From positions 83,540 through 147,539 of the forward strand of contig CBDUPA010000012.1 in assembly GCA_965368975.1 (NCBI GenBank): 64,000 bases of DNA. Direction: 5' to 3'. The stretch comes from an uncultured bacterium (GTDB taxonomy: Bacteria; Acidobacteriota; Thermoanaerobaculia; Multivoradales; JAHZIX01). How positions within the stretch are numbered: position 1 is the first letter of the stretch; each line of letters starts with the position of its first letter. The notes under the pieces were generated by a model that worked only from the letters and a program-made list of their open reading frames with translations, did no database searches and was not told where the DNA came from. This document shows, piece by piece, positions 19,371 to 27,080 of the stretch. A program made the translations under genes and the position numbers.

Positions 19371-19502
19371 CCCGGAGGGCGCAGACCCCTGCGCCCCTAC
19401 AGACCCGCGCCGCCGCCCGAACGTTACGTGGTCCGAATCGTTCATGCCGTGCGTTCCGTTCGGGGGTTGGGGTGGGTCGTAGGGGCGCAAGGCATTGCGC
19501 CC
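19371..19502. repeat. MITE-like repeat, copy C (complete; inverted relative to copy B).
   Basis: GGAGGGCGCAGACCCCTGCGCCCCTACAGACCC...CCGAACGTTACG...GGGTCGTAGGGGCGCAAGGCATTGCGCCCT. It overlaps the 3' end of dusA. Confidence 0.65.
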
Positions 19503-20509
19503 TGGGTGGTGGTTGGCTCCGCCACCTTCCCCGCCGCCGCCACCAACACCTCGACGCCCGCACCGTCGAGATGCGCCTTCTCGCTCAGGTACCGTCGCCA
19601 TGCACGCGCCCCTGGCTGGCCGGCGAAGAGCCCCAGCAGGTGACGGCTGATCCGCTTCAGCGGCACCCCCGCCGCCAGCTGGCGCTCGACGTACGGAAAG
19701 AGCCCTTCGACGACCGCGCGGCGTGTTGGCACTTCACCGTCGTCGCCAAAGATCGCCGTGTCCACCGACGCGAGGAAGTACGGATCTTCGTACGCAGCCC
19801 GCCCGATCATGCAGGCGTCGACGTGACGCAGGTGCTCCTGGATCGCGTCCAGCGTGCGGATACCGCCGTTGATCTCGATGTGCAGGTGCGGGAACTCCCG
19901 CTTGAGCCGATACACGTCGTCATAGCGCAGCGGCGGAATCGTCCGGTTCTCCTTCGGGCTCAGCCCCGACAACCACGCCTTGCGCGCGTGCACCGTGAAC
20001 CGATCCGCCCCGGCGCGCGCCACCACCTCCACGAAGCGCGCCATGTCCTCATAGCGGTCCAGGTCGTCAATGCCGATGCGATGCTTCACCGTCACCGGCA
20101 ACGCTACCGCCCCGCGCATCGCCTCCACCGCCCGCGCCACCTTCTCCGGCTCGGCCATCAAGCAGGCGCCAAAGCTCCCTTTCTGCACCCGGTCGCTCGG
20201 GCAGCCGACGTTCAGGTTCACCTCGTCATAGCCCAGATCCGCCGCGATGCGCGCGCACTCGCTCAGCTCCGCCGGATCGTCGCCCCCCAGTTGCAGCGCC
20301 AGCGGATGCTCCACCTCGTCATAGCCGAGCAAGGCGTCGCGGTTCCCATGCAACACCGCTCCCGTCGTCACCATCTCCGTGTACAGCAGTGAGTGTCGTG
20401 TCAGCTGGCGCTGGAAGACGCGGAAGTGCCGGTCGCTGTGATCCATCATCGGGGCGATGGAGACGGACGGCGTCGAGGTGCGGGGAGTGGGGAGCGGCGT
20501 GGGCGTCAT
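19442..20509 (-). CDS. dusA: tRNA-dihydrouridine synthase A.
   Basis: DusA core (...NLNVGCPSDRVQKGSFGACLM..., HARKAWLSGLSPKENRTIPPL). The C-terminal ~20 aa are encoded by MITE copy C. Confidence 0.85.
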   Translation of the reverse strand: MTPTPLPTPRTSTPSVSIAPMMDHSDRHFRVFQRQLTRHSLLYTEMVTTGAVLHGNRDALLGYDEVEHPLALQLGGDDPAELSECARIAADLGYDEVNLNVGCPSDRVQKGSFGACLMAEPEKVARAVEAMRGAVALPVTVKHRIGIDDLDRYEDMARFVEVVARAGADRFTVHARKAWLSGLSPKENRTIPPLRYDDVYRLKREFPHLHIEINGGIRTLDAIQEHLRHVDACMIGRAAYEDPYFLASVDTAIFGDDGEVPTRRAVVEGLFPYVERQLAAGVPLKRISRHLLGLFAGQPGARAWRRYLSEKAHLDGAGVEVLVAAAGKVAEPTTTQGAMPCAPTTHPNPRTERTA

Positions 20510-20570
20510 GGCGGGGGTATTCTACCGAGGTGGGGAGATGGGGGCGATGTGGTGCTTCCGAGGGGCCGGG

Positions 20571-21881
20571 TCAGAGCCGCCAGTAGAGGTGGTAGACGGG
20601 GAAGGGACGGCCGCCGGCTCGCTCGGCGCGCAGGACCTCGTGCAGCACCAGGCGGAGGTCCTGCAGCGTGAGATGTCCGCCAGAGGCTTGATTGCCGAAC
20701 AGGCGTAGGGCGAGGGCGGCTTGGGGGCTGCACGTGAGATGGTCGGCGAGGGCGGCGATACGACGTGCCAGGTCGAGGTCGACAGCTTGCTCGCCTTGGT
20801 GCCCCGCCCTGGCATCGGCCTTGCGGCTCAGCTTGCGGCCGGTCTTGCGAGCGGGTGCCAGTCGCAGCTGCAAGCCGTGGCTGAGAACGAGGACCGCTTC
20901 CAGCGCTCGACGGACCTGGACGAATTCGTCAGCCAGGTCGATCCAGGGGCGCGGGTCGGTGGCGTCGTCGACGTCGAGATCCCGGCCAGCGAAAGGGGAG
21001 CGCACGCCCAGGTCGTCGCCGTGCAGCAGGCACAGCCAGCGCAGGTGCGGCGGTGACGTGTCGAAGCCGGCGGTGTCGGCGGCACGCAGGCCTTCTTCGA
21101 TCACTTCGCGGGCCCGCTCCCGGTGGCCGTGGTAGAGCAAGGCTCGTGCGGCCGCGGCGTGGGCGCTGTCGTCGACCAGGGACGGGGCGCTCAGGGCTTC
21201 CAGGTCACGCAGTAGGTTCCGCCGGCGCAGGCGATCTTGCCGCAGGTCGAGCATCATGCGTCCGAACAGTGCGCTGTGCCGCAGCGGGAAGGGGTCGGGC
21301 AGGCTGGCGGCAGGGTCGGAGTCTTCGGCTCTCCCCGTAAGCGCTATGGGTAGCCGGAAGGCCAGGTCGACGGCGGTCTCGACGTGGTCACGGGCGGCCG
21401 GCAGGTAGCCTTGCCAGCTGTTGTAACTGGCCAGGGCCCAGTGGATCAGCGTGCGGGTCGCGGGGTGCAGGGGCTGCTGGTCGGTGCTCAGGTCGAGCGC
21501 TTGGTGCAGTCGTCGATAGCCTTGGAGATGGTAGCCGGTGTAGCTGAGGAAGCGGCCCAACTGGGCCAGTGCCAGCGCGTGCAGTTCGCGCGCGTCGCCG
21601 GCGAAGTGACGCGTCTGCCGCAGCTGCGCCGTGATCTCGACGGCAAGCCGGGTCAGCTGCGACGCCGCGGCGGGGCTCTCGCGCACCACGGCCTCGGCGG
21701 CGGTGAACAGCATCGCGACGCTGCCGCTGGTGTGGTAACGGCTGTCCTTGCGTACGATGTCCACGCGCCGCTGGGGCGTCTCGCGCAGCAACCGGGCGAG
21801 CAGCGGCCGCACCTCGGCGATTTCGGGGCGTTGTAGGAGTTCTTGCAGGCTGGGTTCTTTGGATCTGCTGTCCTGAGGCAT
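20571..21881 (-). CDS. Hypothetical protein, 436 aa.
   Basis: Long ORF with helical-repeat character and no diagnostic motif. Start not verified. Confidence 0.45.
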   Translation of the reverse strand: MPQDSRSKEPSLQELLQRPEIAEVRPLLARLLRETPQRRVDIVRKDSRYHTSGSVAMLFTAAEAVVRESPAAASQLTRLAVEITAQLRQTRHFAGDARELHALALAQLGRFLSYTGYHLQGYRRLHQALDLSTDQQPLHPATRTLIHWALASYNSWQGYLPAARDHVETAVDLAFRLPIALTGRAEDSDPAASLPDPFPLRHSALFGRMMLDLRQDRLRRRNLLRDLEALSAPSLVDDSAHAAAARALLYHGHRERAREVIEEGLRAADTAGFDTSPPHLRWLCLLHGDDLGVRSPFAGRDLDVDDATDPRPWIDLADEFVQVRRALEAVLVLSHGLQLRLAPARKTGRKLSRKADARAGHQGEQAVDLDLARRIAALADHLTCSPQAALALRLFGNQASGGHLTLQDLRLVLHEVLRAERAGGRPFPVYHLYWRL

Positions 21882-22081
21882 GAGAGGGCTCCTCGTAGGC
21901 TGGAGAGACAGGATGCGGGCGGCAAACGACGGCGGCGGGAGGCGTCGAGGCTGCTGGCATCGACCCCGCCCGTCGCCCGTGGGGTCACGGTGGGTGGCTG
22001 TGTCGAGGCACCGTCAGCGCTGGCGAACCGGTGCGGGCCGCCTCGACTCGAGGGGGGCTCCTGAGCTCCAGGAGTGGCGGC

Positions 22082-22630
22082 CTACAGGGCTTCCGGCAGC
22101 GCGAGGCTGCGATCGACCCCCTCGAGACCAGCGGCCAGGTCGAGATCGAGACCGGTGACGCCGCGGCGCACAGCTGGGCTCGCCACCTCGACGCGGAGGC
22201 TCGGGCCGTCGATGCTCAGCCGCGGTGGGTGACGCAGCTTGCGAGCCACCGCGGCGATGGCGTTGGCGAAGGCGCAGGCGGCGGTGAAGTCCGGGAAGCG
22301 GTACTGCTTCTGCAACCCGCGTTCGCCTTCCTGCCAGCCCGGCAGGCGCTGTAGTTCGAGCGCCAGCTGCGCCGTCTCGACTTCGCCGACCTTGGTGTGC
22401 CCGGTACGGCTGGCTGTGGACAGTCGGCTGCAGCCACCGGTGGCGTCGACGGTGGTGCTGTCGGCTTGCCGCTCCGCATCGCTACCGATGCGTTCTGCTT
22501 TGAGCTTGTCGACGCTGCCGAGGCTTTCGATAGGGGGGCCTACACGCGCGGAGTCTGCGCTCGGGGAGCCCGCGCCGCGGCGAGTGTCGGTCGAGCGAGG
22601 GGAGCGTTGTCGTGCATGGGTTTTACTCAT
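22082..22630 (-). CDS. Pterin-4a-carbinolamine dehydratase (PCD/DCoH) with an ~80-aa N-terminal low-complexity extension.
   Basis: The C-terminal ~100 aa (LPGWQEGERGLQKQYRFPDFTAACAFANAIAAVARKLRHPPRLSIDGPSLRVEVAS) match the PCD fold signature. The start was chosen at MSKTHARQ (ATG 22628-22630). Confidence 0.65.
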   Translation of the reverse strand: MSKTHARQRSPRSTDTRRGAGSPSADSARVGPPIESLGSVDKLKAERIGSDAERQADSTTVDATGGCSRLSTASRTGHTKVGEVETAQLALELQRLPGWQEGERGLQKQYRFPDFTAACAFANAIAAVARKLRHPPRLSIDGPSLRVEVASPAVRRGVTGLDLDLAAGLEGVDRSLALPEAL

Positions 22631-23252
22631 GGTCGTGTCATCCTTGATGAAGTGGGTTCGAGGTGAGTTTCGGCGGTAGCGCGCATGAATTCCTGCTGCA
22701 ATCTCCTTGGATTCGCGCTCATTGCAATGAAATTCATGCGCGATCTGGGGGCAGCTTAGGGATGCGATGCTGGCTTTGTCAAGTCTTAGGCAACGCAAAG
22801 GCATAGATTTTTATGCGGCTGATGCCGATCTGGACTGGAGGAAGCGTGTTCAGGCGAGTTCCGAAGGGCACGGCGAATCGCACCTCGGCAAGGAGGTGGG
22901 GAGGGAGCGGTCTGGGTACTGCAGAGTTGCCTCAGATCAAAGGGAATATTTCTTCTGCAAGATCAAATGTTCGCAGGAAGGGGGGGTGGCCCTGGGTTGT
23001 CGCCGCTGTGCGAGAGGCGTAGGATGGCCGTTTCGAGAAGCTGAGGAAGGGCGTAAGTAGTGCTAGAGGAACGAGTTGCGGGAGGAGGTCTACCGTCTCG
23101 GTGGCTGCTGGAGCAGCCCGCAAGAACGCCTGCGATAGTCTCTCTGGAGGCGACGGCTTGCTGAATGGGGCAAGTCGGCCTGAGTGTCTATATACATCTC
23201 AGTGGTATCCGTCATGAGGGCGGTGCCAAACATGGTGAAAAGGAGATGCGAA

Positions 23253-23351
23253 ATGCTGAAGTATGGTGAGGCGAAGAAGGCTGTCTACAGAGGATCGCTT
23301 ATCGACCCGATCGGGTTTGATAGAGGGTCATTGATCGATCCCATCGGATAG
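23253..23351 (+). other. 32-aa small ORF with a strong RBS. It contains two tandem 27-bp direct repeats (peptide MLKYGEAKKAVYRGSLIDPIGFDRGSLIDPIG).
   Basis: AAGGAG lies 7 nt upstream of the ATG. The repeat is AGAGGRTCNNTNATCGAYCCNATCGG, twice. It lies in a 0.9-kb low-GC intergenic region. It could equally be a direct-repeat operator. Confidence 0.2.
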
Positions 23352-23624
23352 CCCCGCTGTCTCGGTCCTTCCGAGTCTAAACTGCTGAATCCCCCCCATC
23401 GTACTTCCCCATATGGCCCCGGGTGGCAGGCCCGGGGCCTCGACTTGCGTCAGTTACCGACCTCGACTACACTTTCGTCGATCCAGTAATATCTTTCCCG
23501 CAACCGGCTTGAATTCTGTCTTTCATGGATCACCGAATACTGGAAACGCCCGTGCGCTGTGATCCGCAGGGCGACTGTTGACGCATTGGCACCATGCTAC
23601 AGTGACCTAGGAGGACGAGACACC

Positions 23625-24902
23625 ATGACGGCATCCCATCCGGAACCGCTGCCGCTGACCTTGATTGCCGAGTATCTTGACGGATCCGCCGACGCCAACT
23701 CATTCTGGGACGATTGGGTGTCGGTTCTGCTGGAGAACCCGCGGTTCGCGGCCAGTTTCCACCGCCTCTTGGGGCTGAGCGAAGAGTTCAGCTTGCCGCA
23801 GCTGAGCCGGGTCGCCTACGAGGGCCCGGAGGCACGCGAGCTATTGCAGCGTCTGCGCTGCTTGCCGCCAGCGAGGCAGTGGCGCGAGGCACGCAATGCC
23901 AGTTGGGTGGTCAATTGGTGTTTGGTGCGCCTCTTGCTGCGAGAGAATCTCCGCATCACTCCGCAGGACGTGCACGAGGGCGGCCGCCTGGCGCGTTTGG
24001 CCCTGATGCTGGTGCGACGCTTGCCGGCTGCAGTCTACGGCACTGAGCGCTTGGCCGAACTGAGGGCACTGGCCTGGGCCAATCTGGCCAATGTCTATCG
24101 CGTGCGCGGTGATCTCAAGCAGGCCGACGCTCTCATGCAGCGTGCACTGCGTCGCCTCGGAGGAGAGCCGCTGCAAGAGCCCGGTCTGCGAGCGGATCTG
24201 CACCTGATTCAGGGTTCCATGCTCTACGATCAGCGGCAACTCGGTGCCGCCCGGATGGCCTTCGAGCAAGGCTTGAATCTCTGTCAGCACCCGCTTCGGC
24301 AAGAAACGGCCGCTATGCTTCAGATGCGGCTGGCCGCTCTGGACTACGAGGTGGCACACCTAGACAGTGCAATTGAGAGGACCGAGGCGGCCCTACGACT
24401 CATCGGCAAGTCTGGGGCTACGCGGCTCTTTGTGCAAGCGAGCTTCAATCTTGCGGATCTGTTTGCCCGAGCGGGCCGCTTCGACGAGGCGATGGCGCAG
24501 CTGTCTCAGCATCGGCAAGCCCTGCAAGTCTATGGGACGCCGAGTGATCAGTGCCGCGCCAACTGGTGCGAGGGGATCATCCACCAGGGGCTTGGCGAAT
24601 TTGGCGCGGCAGTGAAATGCTACGCGCGCGCAAAAAAAGCTTTCCTTTCTCTGGATTTGTGGTACGATGCAGCCATTGTCACGCTGGAGTTGGCTAGCTT
24701 ACTGCTCGAACACGGCAAAACAGCTGAAGTCAAGCAACTAGCGCTCGACACGCACAAGCTCTTTGAAATCCAGGACGTCGACCGCGAAGCTCTTGCAGCG
24801 CTAGAGCTCTTCCGCGAGGCAGCGACGCAGGAAGCCTTGTCGATCGAGATGCTGCAACGCATCGAAGCCGACTTCCGGCAAGCCTGCCGTGTCTCCGCTT
24901 AG
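23625..24902 (+). CDS. TPR-repeat protein (probable regulatory/scaffold protein).
   Basis: 425 aa of TPR-like helical repeats (LANVYRVRGDLKQADALMQRAL..., KCYARAKKAF...). GGAGGA RBS 9 nt upstream of the ATG at 23625. Confidence 0.6.
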   Translation: MTASHPEPLPLTLIAEYLDGSADANSFWDDWVSVLLENPRFAASFHRLLGLSEEFSLPQLSRVAYEGPEARELLQRLRCLPPARQWREARNASWVVNWCLVRLLLRENLRITPQDVHEGGRLARLALMLVRRLPAAVYGTERLAELRALAWANLANVYRVRGDLKQADALMQRALRRLGGEPLQEPGLRADLHLIQGSMLYDQRQLGAARMAFEQGLNLCQHPLRQETAAMLQMRLAALDYEVAHLDSAIERTEAALRLIGKSGATRLFVQASFNLADLFARAGRFDEAMAQLSQHRQALQVYGTPSDQCRANWCEGIIHQGLGEFGAAVKCYARAKKAFLSLDLWYDAAIVTLELASLLLEHGKTAEVKQLALDTHKLFEIQDVDREALAALELFREAATQEALSIEMLQRIEADFRQACRVSA

Positions 24903-25028
24903 GCCTTGCGCCTGGGCGTTGGAGATCGCCGCGACATTTCTGGATATCTACACTTGGTGCACCAGCCTGGCGACCATCAGTAGCCTGATGGCCATCCTTC
25001 TGGTAGCTGGAACCTAAGAAATCGAGTT

Positions 25029-25111
25029 GGCCGGTGTAGGCGAACGGTCGGAGTTAAACCAGACTTCCGCCAAGTTTCCCGTTCGTCTACACCGGCCTTT
25101 AGTTTTTGGGG
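25029..25111 (+). terminator. Rho-independent terminator-like hairpin between convergent genes.
   Basis: 19-bp stem GGCCGGTGTAGGCGAACGG / CCGTTCGTCTACACCGGCC with one mismatch and a 31-nt loop, followed by TTTAGTTTTTGGGG. Confidence 0.5.
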
Positions 25112-25163
25112 CCTCGAGTTCTTAGGGCCCTCGGCTATTGAGCCCTTCAGTTCTGGGGAGAGC

Positions 25164-25727
25164 CTAGCGGAAGCAGGGGCGCTCCGGCCACGGGACGCGT
25201 TGCGGTAGATCTTGCGGTTCGGGAGTGGCCTGCAACTGACCCTGCAGAGCTGCCTCGACGGTCACACCGTCCGGCGCCAGCGGGTGATCCGGCAGCAGCT
25301 CGGCCAGGGGAAGCAGGGCGAACAGGCGTTGCTGGAGCCGTGGATGCGGCAGGGTGAGTTCCGGGCGCTGCAGGTGGGTGCTGCCGTAGAGCAGCAGATC
25401 GATGTCGAGAAGGCGCGCTGCGTTGCGCTGGCGCCGACGCCGGCCGGCGGCCAGCTCCAGCGCCTGGGTGACGGCCAGGACGGCCGTGGCCGGCAGTCGA
25501 CAGTCGCCGGTCAGCACGGCGTTGAGGTAGGGAGGCTGGGTTGCAGTCAGGGGCTGGGCTGTGTCCGTGGACTCGGACTGGGGCAGCCACAGGGGGCTAC
25601 GATAGAGGCCGGAGAGACGGGCGTGGCGCAGGCGCAGGCGATGCTGCAGAACGCGGGCAGCCTGCGCCAGGGTCGTTGCGACGTTGCCCAGGTTGGCACC
25701 CAGGCCCAGGGCCAGGACGACGGCCGG
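25164..25727 (-). CDS. folK: 2-amino-4-hydroxy-6-hydroxymethyldihydropteridine pyrophosphokinase (HPPK).
   Basis: ...AVVLALGLGANLGN... N-terminal motif and ...LDIDLLLYG...LTLPHPRLQQRLFALLPLAELLP... HPPK core. No canonical ATG/GTG start upstream of the conserved N-terminus. The 5' end abuts or overlaps the stop of the upstream FYDLN_acid gene. Confidence 0.6.
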   Translation of the reverse strand, partial: PAVVLALGLGANLGNVATTLAQAARVLQHRLRLRHARLSGLYRSPLWLPQSESTDTAQPLTATQPPYLNAVLTGDCRLPATAVLAVTQALELAAGRRRRQRNAARLLDIDLLLYGSTHLQRPELTLPHPRLQQRLFALLPLAELLPDHPLAPDGVTVEAALQGQLQATPEPQDLPQRVPWPERPCFR

Positions 25728-25731
25728 GGAA

Positions 25732-26070
25732 TCAGTCGTCGTCGTCCTCGTCGTCGCTGTCGTCGTCGTCGCTCAGGTCGGCACCTTCGAGTTCGCTCTC
25801 GAGGTCGTCATCCTCGAGATCGTCGTCGTCCTCGTCGTCATCTTTGGCGCCGTCCTCGAGCAGGTCCGAGTTGTCCTTCTTCGGCGCCTTCTCTTTCTCG
25901 GTCTTGACGGCGACGGGCGGTGGCGGTGCCGCGGCAGGCTTGCTCTTGCCGCTCGCCGGCGCTACCGGGGTGGCGCACTTGGGACAGGCGGGTTGCGGTC
26001 GGCCCAGGTCGTAAAACTTGGTGCTGCACTCACTGCAGGTGTGCTTGGTGCCCAGCTTGTTTTCAGCCAT
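25732..26070 (-). CDS. FYDLN_acid-family zinc-ribbon protein with an acidic C-terminal tail (TIGR02300-like).
   Basis: MAENKLGTKHTCSECSTKFYDLGRPQPACPKCATP: a C-x2-C...C-x2-C motif plus FYDLG. The C-terminus is poly-D/E (DDDDSDDEDDDD). Confidence 0.7.
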   Translation of the reverse strand: MAENKLGTKHTCSECSTKFYDLGRPQPACPKCATPVAPASGKSKPAAAPPPPVAVKTEKEKAPKKDNSDLLEDGAKDDDEDDDDLEDDDLESELEGADLSDDDDSDDEDDDD

Positions 26071-26236
26071 GATGAAAATCAGCCCCGTAGATCGGTTCAG
26101 CCGTTGGATTCGTCCCACATGGGAATCTGTCGACGTGCCGCGAAGAGCGCTTGCCCCCGGCGCGGCGGGAAGATACCATGCCGCAGGTCCGCGCTGGGAC
26201 CAGTTCGGCTGGAAGCAGCGCTTCTTATACCCCAAG

Positions 26237-27052
26237 ATGCGAATGTCGACAACGATTTCTACTGCAAGTTCCCTGACGTCGTGGCTGGCCAATGTCGCCC
26301 GCTACGGGGCGATCGCGCTGCTGGCGCTGCTTCTGGCAGCTTCGCTGCTGGCGCCTGCGTTGATCGCTCAGGCGTCCGATGTACCCGATCCTTCCGAGCC
26401 CGGGCTGAGCGCTGACGAGCAACTGCGCCGGCTGCTGGCTCGTGTTCAGTACGAGCAGCGCAACACGCGCACGCTGCACGCCGACTTCCGGCTGCTGCAG
26501 CAGAGTGAGCTGCTGCTCGAGCCGCAAGAGTCGTCCGGCGAGCTGTTCTACCGTGCACCGGACGAGGTGCGCTGGGAGTACAGTTCCCCTGAACCGATGA
26601 CGGTGGTCATTCGCGAGGATCGTATGCTCACCTGGTACCGCGATCTGCATCGAGCCGAGCGGGCGCAGGTGGGCAGTTATTCCGAGCGGGTGATGAAGTA
26701 TCTCAACGCTGCCAACTCCTTGGACGCGTTGCTCGAATACTTCGACGCCCGGGTCAGCTTCGCGCAGCTCGACCAGCCCTACCAGGTCAAGCTGGAGGCC
26801 AACAGCCCGCGCGTGGCGCGGCGTCTGAGTGGCATGACGCTGTGGATCGACCGCGAGCTGTACCGGCCGGTGAAGATCATCGTCGAATCGGCGGACGGCG
26901 ACGTGACGGAGTTCCAGTTCGAGAACTTCCGGGTCAACGGTGAGTTGCCCGAGGGCGTGTTCGACGTCGAGCTACCACCGGACGTCGAAGTGCGCGACGT
27001 CGAGCTGGGTAGTTCCAGCTCTGGAGCCGCCGCGAGCGGCGGTCACTTCTGA
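26237..27052 (+). CDS. LolA-like outer-membrane lipoprotein carrier/sorting protein homolog.
   Basis: Signal peptide (MRMSTTISTASSLTSWLANVARYGAIALLALLLAASLLAPALIAQA). ~270 aa, size and beta-rich composition typical of LolA/LppX-like proteins. The start is uncertain. Confidence 0.55.
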   Translation: MRMSTTISTASSLTSWLANVARYGAIALLALLLAASLLAPALIAQASDVPDPSEPGLSADEQLRRLLARVQYEQRNTRTLHADFRLLQQSELLLEPQESSGELFYRAPDEVRWEYSSPEPMTVVIREDRMLTWYRDLHRAERAQVGSYSERVMKYLNAANSLDALLEYFDARVSFAQLDQPYQVKLEANSPRVARRLSGMTLWIDRELYRPVKIIVESADGDVTEFQFENFRVNGELPEGVFDVELPPDVEVRDVELGSSSSGAAASGGHF

Positions 27053-27080
27053 GCCCTGGCCGCGAGCGGGGGGAGCTGCG

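Noticed and set aside
22631-23624. Search for tmRNA, RNase P RNA, SRP RNA or tRNA in the long low-GC spacer.
   Set aside because: No hallmark motifs (T-loop GGTTCGAATCC, tag-peptide ORF, RNase P GGAAAGTCCGG) were found by eye. Reported only as an unexplained spacer.
25736-25800. GTC/GTCGTC codon repeats.
   Set aside because: The poly-Asp/Glu tail of the FYDLN_acid protein on the minus strand, not a regulatory repeat.
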